64,000 bases of DNA. Origin: Phaeosaccion multiseriatum (taxonomy: Eukaryota; Protista; Ochrophyta, other classes). The stretch is taken from positions 558,001-622,000 of the forward strand of contig OZ218954.1 in NCBI GenBank assembly GCA_965112735.1, in the 5' to 3' direction. The notes below the pieces were generated by a model. That model saw nothing but the letters and a program-made list of their open reading frames with translations. It was not told the origin of the DNA and did no database searches. A program made the translations under genes and the position numbers. Shown piece after piece: positions 50,844-64,000 of the stretch. Every line of letters starts with the position of its first letter. Position 1 is the stretch's first letter.

Positions 50844-53800
50844 TCATTCGTCCTCCGGCCGAGGAGGAAAAGAACAAGAAGGAGGAGGAAGAGAATATGA
50901 TGAAGCACGAGGTCGAGGGGGAGGTGTTGGTGATTTAGAAGGGGGTCGAAGAGGAGGAAGAGGAGAGGAACAGGAAGGAACAAGAAGAGCAGGTGGAGGA
51001 GTTGGTGATACAGAAGGAGGTCGTGGAGGAGGAAGGGAAGATGAAGAAGGAGGACGACGAGGAGGTGGAGTGGTTGGTGATACAGAAGGAGGTTGTGGAG
51101 GAGGAGGGGGGGGGGGGGGAGGACTCGGGGAGGGGCTACTTTCTCCCCAACCCCCTTCAAGGAGCCTCTCCCACCAAGGAGCCGTCGCCACACCTTCTAT
51201 ATCACCAACTCCTCCTCCACGTCGGCCCCGTTCTCCTCTTCCCCTTCCTCCTCTTCCTCCTCCTCGTCTTCCTCCTCCTACTCCACGTCGGTCTCGTTCT
51301 ACTCCTCCCCTTCTTCTTCCTCCTCCTCCTGCTGTTGCCCATCCTCCTCCTCTTCTCCCTCCTGCTGCAGTTCCCCATCCTTCTTCTTCTTCATCTTCAT
51401 CTTCTTCTTCTTCTTCCTCCTCCTCTTCTCCTCCTCTGGTGAAGGCGCTCCGACCGGACAGGTCCGTCACCACCGCCCTGTTGCCACTCACCCCCACGAC
51501 CGTCATGCCGCCACCTGTGACCACCTCCCTCCTCCTGGACGGTTGCCTCTCTGCTGCCATCCTTAGCCTTGGCTGCCTCTCCACGGTTACCCTTCGACTC
51601 CTCGGATGAATTTGCATTGCCCTTGGGTAAGACGGCCTGCCTGAATCCGTCGTACGGAGAGCCTGTAGCTGAGGGGGCGGCCCCCCTAGCCCCCCTGGAG
51701 ACATTCCCATGCCCAATCCACCCCGTGGCATCACCACCTCCCGACTGCCTCCGCGCCCGCTCAGGTGGCGACCAAACGGACGAGGTTGCCCGGCTCTGCT
51801 GCTGCTGCTGCTGCTCGAGGCGAAGGCGTCCCTCCCCTCGTCTTCATCGTCGTCGTCGCCGCTGCTGCCACTGCTGCTGCTGCTACTGTCGGTGTCAGGA
51901 CCGATCCAGCCGCTGCTCACCGTGGTGTCAGGACTGTCTCTGACACTTCCCATCTGACTGCTGTTGCTGCCCATGCCGGCCCTGTGGCTGCCGCTCCAAG
52001 CGAAACCGCTGAAACCGCTGAAACCGCTGTAACCGCTCCTGTTACTGCTCCTGCTACCGTCGCTTGTGGGTGCGATTGGGTGTCCGAGTGGGTGTACAAT
52101 GGGGTGTCCCATTTCGGGCCCAAGTTGGGGTCCGACCAACCCAGTTAGCACTAGGCTTTCTCCCACTAGCGGCTCTGAATTCGCCGACCCTGACCCTGAC
52201 CCTGACCCTCGCACAGAACCTCGCACTGGCTCTGGCTCTGGCCCCGACCCTGACCCTGACCCTGACCCTCGCTCTAGTCCTGACCCTAACCCTGACCCTG
52301 GCCCTGACCCTTGTTCTAGCCCTGAAACTGGCTCTGGTACTGAATCTGACCCTGGCCCTGACCCTTGCTCTAGCCCTGAAACTGGCTCTGGTACTGACCC
52401 TGACCCTGGCCCTGACCCTTGCTCTAGCCCTGAAACTGGCTCTGGTACTGAATCTGACCCTGGCCCTGACCCTTGCTCTAGCCCTGAAATTGGCTCTGGT
52501 ACTGAATCTGACCCTGGCCCTGACCCTTGCTCTAGCCCTGTTTCCTCTGGTACTGACCCTCGCCCTGACCCTGACCCTGACCCTGACCCTGACCCTGACC
52601 CTGGCCCTGGCCCTGGCCCTGACCCTGACCCTGCTGCAGAGGCGGTGGCGCCGGCTGCTCCCACCTCCTCCGTCTGTGTTCCCGCTGTTGCCACTCCCCC
52701 TCCTCCTCCTCCTCCTCCTCCTCCATTTGCTGCCATCACCGTCTCGGTCTCCGCCCCCGTCCCTGTCCCTGCCGCCGCTGCCGCTGCTGCTGCTACTGCT
52801 CCCCCCCCTCCTCCTCCTCCTCCTACTCCACGCGTTGTAGTCGGCATTGAAGGCAAACTCGGATTCTTGAGTGGCAGGCGTAGGCACTCCATGAAGTGGC
52901 AGGCGTTCTTACGCAGCATCTTGCCATAGATTGCCTTCCAACCCTCTTTCGTACGCTTGTTTAGGAACGTCTGTTTGTCCTTCCAACCCTGCTGCCGAAG
53001 GTTCACCACGTCGGCGTGTTCGTCATGTACAGCATCACTGCTGTCGACGACCTGCTTGGTGTGTCTGCTGCCATCCTCGTTGGAGGAAGAGGAGGAGGAG
53101 TTACAAGCCGAGAGGGCTGCGTGCCATAGACCAAGGAGGGCATCGAGGTAAAGTGGTAGTGAAACCGCCACGATGAAGAGGATCTGTGGTTCGTTGGGAG
53201 GGAAGGAGGGAGGGAGGGAGGGAGGGAGAGAATGACCGTCTGACACCCAAGTACTGACTGACTGACTGACTGACTAACTGAGTGACGGACTGACCACACA
53301 TACTGACTGATTGACTGACTGACACCAAGTACTGACTGACTGACACCAAGTACTGACTGACTGACTGACTGACACCACGAACTGACTGACTGAAAACCAA
53401 GTACTGACTGACTGACTGACACCAAGTACTGACCGACTGACACCAAGTACCCACCTGCAGAACATAAATGGCGTTGGTGGCCCTCCGCTCGAACTCCGTC
53501 CCCCTATCCACTGCCAGCCTTCGACGATCCAATGCCAGCCCCTCCGTCCCGTCGTCCTCCTCCTCCTCCTCTTCCTCCTTCTTATCGTGTAACTGCATGG
53601 CTAGCAACAGGGCCAGCATCACCACATTCACGCCCGCGCCCACACCGGCCACCAGGTTGAGCTCCGAGTTACAGAACGGCCGAATCACCACCACGAGCAG
53701 GAGATTCGCTGACACAAAGGCAAGGAAGAGGATGAGCTGAGTAGTCGAGTTCGGGACAAATACTGCGACTGCAGCCAGCGCCACGATCTCCGCAAAGGTG

Positions 53801-56800
53801 AAGAGTGCGTAGTACAGGCCGGTATCTGTGAAGTCGGCATATATCGGTTCGTTGCCAATCCTCAAGAGCTCCGCCTCCGCCACACGCTTCCTGGCCTTGA
53901 GCTTCAGGGCCTGTTGGTGATGCTGCTGTATCACCAACTGCTGTCGCTGCAGCCGCTGCTCACGTAGCACCACCTCCTGCTGCTCTGGCGACGGCGGAGG
54001 CTGATGCTGCACCCTTGCCTCCTCCTCCCTCTGCTGTATGACCAACTCCATATGCTGCTGATGCTGCTGATGCTGCTGCTCTTGGTCGGAGGTGGTGATG
54101 AGAAGCCGCAGCTCATTTGTATATTCTGTGATCCACGCCCCTGCGGGTGGGAGGGAGGGAGGGAAGGAGGGAGGGAGGGAGGGAGGGAGGGAGAGAGGGA
54201 GGGAGGGAGAGAAGGAGGGAGGGAGGGAGGGAGGGAAGGAGAGAGAGGGAGAGGTCACGCACACACACACACCAAAACACACGAACACACACTTCACACA
54301 CTCACGCTCACTCTCTCTGTGTGATGAGCACACACACACATACACACACACGCACGGGGGGGTGCGCGCACGCGCGTACTCACTCCTCTCACCTGTGTCG
54401 AAACAGGAGAGGAATCGCTCCTCGGCATACAGAGTGGCCCAAAGGGAGTCCTTCACTCTGGTCCACACCCCACCCATCCACCCCTGTTGGTGATACACAT
54501 CATGAGACGAGGGACGAGAGGAGAAAGATGCCTCGTCGCGGACTACTACATCGGAATCTTCCTTCTCCTCCTGCTCCTCCTCCTCCTCCTCCTCCTCCTC
54601 ATTCTCCATATACTTCCTCTTGTTCGTATCCGGAGCATACCGCGCGAAGACAAGTCGACTTGCCGGCACCGATTCGGATCCATTCCCCTCCCCCTCCCCT
54701 TCCCCTGTCCTACTCGTCCTTGAGCTCTGCTGCTGTATCACCAACTGCTGCTGCTGGTCTTGCCACTGACGGAGCAGCCTCACGATGAACCCACCACAGT
54801 ACACCACTATAAGCCCAGGCAGTAGCACAAACGCAAGCACCGCCCCCAGCATCACCCCCCAGCTGCAGTTTGAGTCTGAGGTCATTAGAACGTCCAGCTC
54901 CGCCAACGAGGTGCCCTCCAGTATGAACATCATCACCATAATCAGCACATGTGGATAATACGTCCAAAACTTGGGTGTCTCTTGCACCTCCACGGGAGGC
55001 CCAACCATGGTAGCCAACGAGGGGCTAACGACGCCCGGGTCCCCAGCCTCTACTGTCGCTGTATCGTCCGTCACCCCACTGGCCGCCGACCTACTGCTGC
55101 TGCTGAGTGCGTTGGTACCCTGCAGCAGGACCTTCGTCCTCTCCGTCGTCGCCAAGCTAACTCCTTCTCCTCCTCCTCCTCCTCCTTCTCCCTTTTCTTC
55201 TTCTTTTTCTTTTTCCTCTCTTTCTTTTTCTTCTTCTCCTTCTCGCGTCTCTTCCTTCTCCTCCTTCTCCTCCTTCTCCTCCCCCTCCCTCCACGTCCTC
55301 CCGGCCTGAGTGTCAAAGACTCCGCTGACGCGATAGAAGCTCGGTACCTGAGCAGGTAACGCTCGATTGGCCTTAAGGGTTCCGAGTCGGGATGAGGATG
55401 AGGGTAAGCGCAAGGGTGTGGGGTGAGGGAGGTTCTGAGATACTCTGTCTTCCTTCCACTGTCATCGGCCCCACTCTCCCACGCTGTCTTCCCCTCCTTC
55501 TCTCTCTTGTCCCTCTCCTTCTCCTTCTTTTCTCTCTCTCTCACCTTGTCTTCCTTCCACTGCCATCGGCCCCACTCCTCCGCCGCTTGCAGCTCCTCTC
55601 GATACGCCGCCCCTAGGGCCACTGACACTCGGTTCCTACGCGAAGAGAGGGGGCTGGAAGACGTCGACTGCTCCGGCCTTGTTAGCTCTCCTCCTCCTCC
55701 TCCTCCCTCCTCTCCTCCTTCTCCTCCTCCTCCTTCTCCTCCTCCTCCTCCTCCTCCTCCTCCTCCTCCTCCTCCCTCCTCTCCTCCTTCTCCTCCTTCT
55801 TCTCCTGATTCTGAAACGTCAATGACCAGGTTGTGGTTGTTATGCGATGTGGTTCGTCGCAAGCGGTCAAGACCAAGCCTTTCCCTCGTCGCGGCTCGGT
55901 TGGTCGCCGCATGCGTCATGGTTTGATTCATGACTGCATGTGTCAAGGCCCGATTCGCCACTCCTCCATCGCCCCACTGTCCCGACACTTCCGACCACCC
56001 TCCCTCTGTCCTGACACCCTCCGTCTGTCTTCCTCCGGCCCCGTTCAAATCAGCCGAAGAGACTGACTGCGCCCCGTCCGCGCTCTCTCTCGCCGCTACT
56101 CCACCTCCCCTCGGACGGCGGCTGGTAGGGGGGGGGGGGATGCAAGTATGGGGTGGGAGAGGGTCGAGTGTTGTAAGTCAACGGGAGGAAAGGAGGGGAC
56201 GAACGGGCCTTCCATTGACTACCATCGGGCAGGAAGGGAAGAGAAGGAAGGGAAGGGAGGGGAATGCACCGCCATAGACCGCCACTGCCACAGCACGTCT
56301 CTCTTACATGGAATTTGATATAAGTACGCCCTTGAACACAGAAACTGGAACTGACACTGAAAAACCGAAACTGAAACTGATACTTACGTGCAACACAAGC
56401 TGCTGTTGCCGGGGGGATGTTGGTTCTCCAGCAGAAAGCGTATGTCAGTCCCGCGCGTAATGCCCATTTGCTGAGCAACGTTCCACTCCAGCTTGGCTCT
56501 TTCTCGAGCGTGCCATTTCGCCTCGATATAGCTACCGAGCAGGAGATTCAATACCACCTACCACGGAGGAGGAGGAGGAGGAGGAGCAAAGGGGTTGGTG
56601 GTCAGGTTGGGTACCGGAGGTGGTCAGGTTGGGCACCGAGAGAGGAAAGCGAGTGTCGGGGGGGAGTAGTCGGACAGGGTGTGTGTGGGCGGGTGGGTAG
56701 ATGGGCGGATGGATGGATGGATGGATGGATGGATGGATGGATGGATGGATGGATGGATGGATGGATGGATGGATGGATGGATGGATGGATGGGTGGATGG

Positions 56801-59800
56801 ATTGATGGATCGCTGGATGGATGGATGGACGGATGGATGGACGGGTGGCTGGACGGATGGGTGGATGGGCGGATGGATGGGTGGATGGGTGGATGGATGG
56901 ATGGATGGATGGATGGATGGGTGGATGGATGGATGGATGGATGGGTGGGTGGATGGATGGGTGGATGGATGGATGGATGGGTGGATGGATGGATGAATGG
57001 GTGGATGGATGGTGGGTGGATGGATGGTGGGTGGATGGATGGACGGAAGGGTGGATGGAAGGATGGATGGGTGGATGGAAGGATGGATGGGTGGATGGAT
57101 GTATGGATGTATGGCTGGATGGCTGGATGAATGGATGGGTGGATGGATGGATGGATGGGTGGATGGATGGATGGATGGATGGATGGATGGCTGGATGGGT
57201 GGATGGATGGATGGATGGATGGGTGGATGGATGGATGGATGGATGGATGGGTGGGTGGATGGATGGATGGATGGATGGATGGATGGGTGGATGGCTGTCA
57301 GGCAAGTGTGTAGAGAGACCCGACCCGACATGCACCCGTTGTCCTGACACAGACGCTCTCTCTCTCCACTGTCCTGACACCCACTATCTCTCCACTGTCC
57401 TGACACACACTCACCATGATGAACACGATCCCCCCCGCCAAGATAAGGTTTCCGACGAAGCGTTGCACCGCCTCCTCGCTGCTGCACGAACCCTCGTCAT
57501 CCACTGCCATCCTCTCCTCCTCTCGTTCTTGTTTATCGAAGTCGAATTCCCACCAGAGATTGGTCCAGGAGAGGGTTCTGGCGAAGGCTGAGAACCGCCT
57601 TTCCGACGGCACCACAAAGGCGAGGAGAGCAAGGCCTTGCAGGTGTTGAACCATCACGCGCGCACTGAGATGGAAGTGGATGGGTGCGTGGTGTCAGGAT
57701 AAGAGGGAGGGTGTCAGGTGGGGTAAGGCCACTGAGTGGGTTTCCGAGCCGAGAGAGAGAGAGAGAGAGAGAGAGAGGCGCTGCTCAAACCTCTAATAGC
57801 CCCCACCCCGACGCCCACGCCCACGCCCACGCTCACCTCGTTGCACTTGGGCTCCTCGCCGATACCCAAGCCCCCCCCCTTGTCAATGTGTCACTGTCGA
57901 CACCCCTGCTGATGGTGTCTGTAGAGGGCCCAGCGGAGGAAGGACGAATGAAGGTCAAGGTTGAGCCGGTGGGACCTCCTCCTCCTCCGAGGGTGCCGAA
58001 GACGGATACAAGACCGACAAGTCCCAATGCGACTGCCACAATGGAGCTGAGGAGAATGCCGGTGGTGCGACCGTCAAGATAAAACTTATCCACCGCCTGA
58101 TACACATGTTGTATATATAAGAGAGAGGAGGGGGAGGAGGAAGGGTCTCAGAACTGTGGGCAGGAGGGTGGATGGGTGGGTGGGTGGGTGTCAGGAATAG
58201 TGGCAGAGGATGGCAGTGGATGCCAGAGGATGGCCTCAGTGGATGCCAGAGGAGGATGGCAGTGGATGGGCAGTTGGGCAACAAGAGCAAGCACGTACCT
58301 CTCTCCCCCGCAAGAGATCGTCCTGCTGCCCCGGCACGACACCTCCGCCTCCCCCCTTGCCCTGCTCCTCCACATAGTCCGCGCAGGCTGCTTCTTCGTA
58401 CATGTTGATCTCACGTGAGAAGGAGCTCGGGCTTCCTCCTCCCTCCTCTCCCTCGTCGCCCTCTCCCTGCTGCTCATCCGTAACTGTAAGGTACTCCACA
58501 ACCACGATAAGCTCCTCTTCCGTCTGGCGCACAATGTCCACTCTCCCTCCCCGTCCACTGCCATCGCCGCCTCCGTCGATCCCATTCACTACGCCGCACA
58601 GCTCCTGGAAGCTCGAGGGGTCCACATAGAGCAGAAAGGAGCTGCTCCCCCCCCCCTCCTCCTCCTCCTCCTGCTGAAGACCTCGGCCTCTGTGTTGTAC
58701 TCGGCTTGAGTCGCCCCACTCCATCCTTGCTCCTCCCCTCCCTCCTCCCCATCCCCCTTCCCCTCCTCCATCCACTGCCATCGCCGTCATGGCAAGCCGG
58801 CGCCGAGCCTGAGACGCCGCCACTGAGACACCCAAGACGATCAAGTTGCCTTCTGCGTCCACCTCAGTGTCTACCGCACAGCCGCTCACCCCTGCAGCGG
58901 CGGCATCGTACTCGGCCAAGATGTTGTACTCTGTGCGATTGCTGCCATCTGTGTACTCCACCCGCCGTAGCAGAAGCTCCGTGCTGCCCTGCACGGGCAC
59001 CACGGCTCCGGTGTCAGCGTCGACGACCCGCCCACAGCAGCCGTACACGTACTCGTCACCTGATTTATATATGTATATATAATATATATAAATGTATATA
59101 TACATTGTGTATGTATGTCAGCACAGAGAGTCAGGAGGGGTGGATGGGGGGGGGGGGGGGGGGAGGACAGCGGGCTCCTTTGGAAGAAGCGCACGCACAC
59201 ACACTCGCAAGAGAGGCAAGGAAGGGCAGGCCGGTAGCAAGGCGTGGGTGGCAAGGTGAACGAGCGAGTGTTGACTTACCGTTAACGGCCGTTATCGATC
59301 TCGTCTCCTCCGTGCATGCCGCCGCATCCGACGGTGTCGGCGTAAAGTCTACGTCTCTGGAGTCCGTTGGGCCTGCTGTCGGCGCTGCTGTCGGAACTAC
59401 TGTTGGTGCTGATGTTGGTGTGGCTGTTGGTGCCGCTGTTGGTGCTGATGTTGGTGTGGCTGTTGGTGCCGCTGTTGGTGCTGACGTTGGTGTGGCTGTT
59501 GGTGCCGCTGTTGGTGCTGATGTTGGTGTGGCTGTTGGTGCCGCTGTTGGTGCTGATGTTGGTGTGGCTGTTGGTGCCGCTGTTGGTGCTGATGTTGGTG
59601 TGGCTGTTGGTGCCGCTGTTGGTGCTGATGTTGGTGCGGCTGTTGGTGCTGATGTTGGTGTGGCTGTTGGTGCCGCTGTTGGTGCTGATGTTGGTGTGGC
59701 TGTTGGTGCGGCTGTTGGTGCTGCTGTCGGTGCTGCTGTTGGTGTGGCTGTTGGTGCTGATGTTGGTGTGGCTGTTGGTGCCGCTGTTGGTGCCGCTGTT

Positions 59801-62800
59801 GGTGTGGCTGTTGGTGCCGCTGTTGGTGTGGCTGTTGGTGTGGCTGTTGGTGTGGCTGTTGGTGTGGCTGTTGGTGCCGCTGTTGGTGTGGCTGTTGGTG
59901 CGGCTGTTGGTGCTGATGTTGGTGTGGCTGTTGGTGCCACTGTTGGTGCTGACGTTGGTGTGGCTGTTGGTGCCGCTGTTGGTGCTGATGTTGATGTGGC
60001 TGTTGGTGCCGCTGTTGGTGCTGATGTTGGTGTGGCGGTTGGTGCCGCTGTTGGTGCTGATGTTGGTGTGGCTGTTGGTGCCGCTGTCGGAGCTGATGTT
60101 GGTGTGGCTGTCGGAGCTGCCGTCGGAGATGTGGTCGAACCTGCAGCTGGTGGCTGACCGAAGAGAGAGAGAGAGAGAGGGGTGGCAGAGCAGAACACAA
60201 GAGGGGGAGAGAAGGATGCTTTGGGTTACGAGAGCCAGTGCAGGAGGAACGGCAATAATAACCCAGCCCACACAATGAGAACCACCTGTCCACACGGTGG
60301 GCACCCGCCTGTTGCTAAGCATTCTTGATACGCACCTCTGTTGGCAGCTCTGTATCCTCAGCTACGGGTGCTTCTGTAACCGAATCTTCTGGTGCTTCCG
60401 TATCCTCAGCTACGGGTGCCTGGGTCTCATCTGCAAACGGTGCTTCCGTCTCGACCGCTTCGGGTGCTTCTGTAACCGAATCTACTGGTGCTTCCGTATC
60501 CTCAGCTACGGGTGCCTGGGTCTCATCTGCAGACGGTGCTTCCGTCTCGACCGCTTCGGGTGCTTCTGTAACCGAATCTTCTGGTGCTTCCGTATCCTCA
60601 GCTACGGGTGCCTGGGTCTCATCTGCAGACGGCGCTTCCGTCTCAGGCGCTTCGGTCTCTTCAGCAACCGGCGTAGGCGTCTCCAGTGCAACCGGCGTGG
60701 GCGTCTCCACCGCAACTGGCCCTTGTGTCTCCACTGCTACCGGCGTAGGTGTCTCCACCGCAACTGGCGCTTGTGTCTCCACTGCTACCGGCGTAGGCGT
60801 CTCCACCGCTACTGGCCCTTGAGTCTCCACCGCTACCGGCGTGGGCGTCTCCACCGCTACCGGCGTAGATGTCTCCACTGCTACCGGCGTAGATGTCTCC
60901 ACTGCTACCGGCGTAGGTGTCTCCACAGCAACCGGCGTAGGCGTCTCAACAGCTACCGGCGTAGGTGTCTCCATCGCAACTGGCCCTTGTGTCTCCACCG
61001 CTACCGGCCCCTGTGTCTCCACAGCTACCGGCGTAGGTGTCTCCACCGCAACTGGCCCTTGTGTCTCCACTGCTACCGGCGTGGGCGTCTCCACCGCTAC
61101 CGGCGTAGGCGTCTCCACCGCTACCGGCGTAGATGTCTCAACAGGTACCGGCGTAGGTGTCTCCACTGTTACCGGCGTAGGCGTCTCCACAGCTACCGGC
61201 GTAGGTGTCTCCACAGCAACCGGCGTAGGCGTCTCAACAGCTGCCGGCGTAGGTGTCTCCACCGCAACTGGCCCTTGTGTCTCCACCGCTACCGGCCCTT
61301 GTGTCTCCACAGCTACCGGCGTAGGCGTCTCCACCGCTACCGGCGTAGGCGTCTCAACAGCTACCGGCCCTTGTGTCTCCACTGCTACCGGCGTAGGTGT
61401 CTCCACCGCAACTGGCCCTTGTGTCTCCACCGCTACCGGCCCTTGTGTCTCCACAGCTACCGGCGTAGGCGTCTCCACCGCTACCGGCGTAGGCGTCTCA
61501 ACAGCTACCGGCCCTTGTGTCTCCACTGCTACCGGCGTAGGTGTCTCCACCGCAACTGGCCCTTGTGTCTCCACTGCTACCGGCGTAGGCGTCTCAACCG
61601 CTGCCGGCGTAGGCGTCTCAACAGCTACCGGCGTAGGCGTCTCAACAGCTACCGGCGTAGGCGTCTCAACAGCTACCGGCGTAGGCGTCCCCACCGCAAC
61701 CGGCGCTTGTGTCTCCACCGCTACCGGCCCCTGTGTCTCCACAGCTACCGGCGTAGGTGTCTCCACCGCAACTGGCCCTTGTGTCTCCACTGCTACCGGC
61801 GTGGGCGTCTCCACCGCTACCGGCGTAGGCGTCTCCACCGCTACCGGCGTAGATGTCTCAACAGCTACCGGCGTAGGTGTCTCCACTGTTACCGGCGTAG
61901 GCGTCTCCACAGCTACCGGCGTAGGTGTCTCCACAGCAACCGGCGTAGGCGTCTCAACAGCTGCCGGCGTAGGTGTCTCCACCGCAACTGGCCCTTGTGT
62001 CTCCACCGCTACCGGCCCTTGTGTCTCCACAGCTACCGGCGTAGGCGTCTCCACCGCTACCGGCGTAGGCGTCTCAACAGCTACCGGCCCTTGTGTCTCC
62101 ACTGCTACCGGCGTAGGTGTCTCCACCGCAACTGGCCCTTGTGTCTCCACCGCTACCGGCCCTTGTGTCTCCACAGCTACCGGCGTAGGCGTCTCCACCG
62201 CTACCGGCGTAGGCGTCTCAACAGCTACCGGCCCTTGTGTCTCCACTGCTACCGGCGTAGGTGTCTCCACCGCAACTGGCCCTTGTGTCTCCACTGCTAC
62301 CGGCGTAGGCGTCTCAACCGCTGCCGGCGTAGGCGTCTCAACAGCTACCGGCGTAGGCGTCTCAACAGCTACCGGCGTAGGCGTCTCAACAGCTACCGGC
62401 GTAGGCGTCCCCACCGCAACCGGCGCTTGTGTCTCCACCGCTACCGGCCCTTGTGTCTCCACCGCTACCGGCGTAGGTGTCTCCACCGCTACTGGTGTAG
62501 GTGTCTCCACTGCTACCGGCGTAGGTGTCTCCACCGCTACTGGCCCTTGAGTCTCCACCGCTACCGGCCCTTGTGTCTCCACCGCAACCGGCGTAGGCGT
62601 CTCAACAGCTACCGGCCCTTGTGTCTCCACCGCTACCGGCGTAGGTGTCTCCACCGCTACTGGTGTAGGTGTCTCCGCTGCTACCGGCCCTTGTGTCTCC
62701 ACTGCTACCGGCGTAGGTGTCTCCACCGCAACTGGCCCTTGTGTCTCCACTGCTACCGGCGTAGGCGTCTCCACAGCAACCGGCGTAGGCGTCTCAACAG

Positions 62801-64000
62801 CTACCGGCGTAGGCGTCTCCACCGCAACTGGCGCTTGTGTCTCCACCGCTACCGGCCCTTGTGTCTCCACCGCTACCGGCGTAGGTGTCTCCACCGCTAC
62901 CGGCGTAGGCGTCTCCACCGCTACCGGCCCTTGTGTCTCCACCGCTACCGGCGTAGGTGTCTCCACTGCAACTGGCGCTTGTGTCTCCACCGCTACCGGC
63001 GTAGGCGTCTCAACAGCTACCGGCGTAGGTGTCTCCACCGCAACTGGCCCTTGTGTCTCCACCGCTACCGGCCCTTGTGTCTCCACAGCTACCGGCGTAG
63101 GTGTCTCCACCGCTACCGGCGTAGGCGTCTCAACAGCTACCGGCGTAGGTGTCTCCACCGCAACTGGCGCTTGTGTCTCCACCGCTACCGGCGTAGATGT
63201 CTCAACAGCTACCGGCGTAGGCGTCTCCACTGTTACCGGCGTAGGCGTCTCCACAGCTACCGGCGTAGGTGTCTCCACAGCTACCGGCGTAGGCGTCTCC
63301 ACAGCTACCGGCGTAGGCGTCTCCACCGCTACCGGCGTAGGCGTCTCAACAGCTACCGGCCCTTGTGTCTCCACTGCTACCGGCGTAGGTGTCTCCGCCG
63401 CAACTGGCGCTTGTGTCTCCACTGCTACCGGCGTAGGCGTCTCAACAGCAACCGGCGTAGGCGTCTCAACAGCTACCGGCGTAGGCGTCTCAACAGCTAC
63501 CGGCGTAGGCGTCTCCACCGCAACTGGCGCTTGTGTCTCCACCGCTACCGGCCCTTGTGTCTCCACCGCTACCGGCGTAGGTGTCTCCACCGCAACTGGC
63601 CCTTGTGTCTCAACTGCTACCGGCGTAGGTGTCTCCACCGCAACTGGCGCTTGTGTCTCCACAGCTACCGGCGTAGGCGTCTCCACCGCTACCGGCGTAG
63701 GCGTCTCAACAGCTACCGGCCCTTGTGTCTCCACTGCTACCGGCGTAGGTGTCTCCACCGCAACTGGCCCTTGTGTCTCCACTGCTACCGGCGTAGGCGT
63801 CTCAACAGCAACCGGCGTAGGCGTCTCAACAGCTACCGGCGTAGGCGTCTCAACAGCTACCGGCGTAGGCGTCTCCACCGCAACTGGCGCTTGTGTCTCC
63901 ACCGCTACCGGCCCTTGTGTCTCCACCGCTACCGGCGTAGGCGTCTCAACAGCTACCGGCCCTTGTGTCTCCACCGCTACCGGCGTAGGTGTCTCCACCG
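50844..64000 (-). CDS. Giant mucin-like-stalk multi-pass membrane protein with TRP/Flc-PKD2-like TM region; 5' end outside window
   Basis: Exons >64000-60336, 60153-59280, 59059-58299, 58096-57837, 57664-57415, 56557-56388, 56121-55545, 55347-54393, 54140-53455, 53183-50844. T/P/E-rich repeats followed by about 9 hydrophobic segments including [43 protein letters not shown]. The LY.DF...RPF...N pattern resembles PF06011-type TRP-like membrane domains (recalled, not searched). Confidence 0.72.
52188..52632. repeat. Coding (CCCTGA/CCCTGG)n hexamer and ~54-bp (18-aa) repeats encoding GSGPG
   Basis: Direct observation inside the last exon of the membrane protein gene. Confidence 0.85.
56700..57295. 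repeat. (GGAT/GGGT)n microsatellite, ~600 bp, intronic
   Basis: Direct observation; (CCAT/CCAC)n on the sense strand. Confidence 0.95.
59365..60125 (-). repeat. Coding 12/36-bp tandem repeat ([12 protein letters not shown])n
   Basis: Direct observation in exon 60153-59280. Confidence 0.9.
60660..64000 (-). repeat. Coding 24-bp VNTR ([24 protein letters not shown]) >3.3 kb with higher-order repeats
   Basis: Direct observation; ORF 60315-63998 stays open throughout. Confidence 0.95.

Noticed and set aside
59282-62550. Antisense and alternative-frame ORFs over the mucin repeats (60841-62550 +, 59367-60278 +, 59397-60293 -)
   Set aside because: Shadows of a stop-free coding VNTR; only the T/P-rich minus frame splices in frame with downstream exons.

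Overview
Eukaryotic, intron-rich, microsatellite-saturated genomic DNA, probably from a stramenopile/ochrophyte alga (inference from protein style, not established). Most supplied ORFs are artefacts of simple repeats. Splicing by hand (GT/GC-AG junctions, reading frame checked across junctions) gives 8 genes in strictly alternating orientation: a TPR-like last exon (+), a CCDC87-like coiled-coil protein (-), a TTLL4-like tubulin glutamylase (+), a signal-peptide coiled-coil protein (-), a NOVA-like 3xKH RNA-binding protein (+), an F-box-SPRY-ubiquitin-like protein (-), the AP-4 beta subunit (+), and a giant mucin-stalk multi-TM TRP/Flc-like membrane protein running off the right end (-). The main unexplained signal is a small vocabulary of fixed, non-palindromic 10-15 bp words (CAGTTGGTGATACAG, GGATGGCAGTGGATGG, GTGTCAGGAC). 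They recur dozens of times and enter exons in several frames and on both strands. In introns the latter two, together with the microsatellites, are polarised: purine-rich version after donors, reverse complement before acceptors. This suggests a DNA/RNA-level motif-spreading or splicing-structure system.
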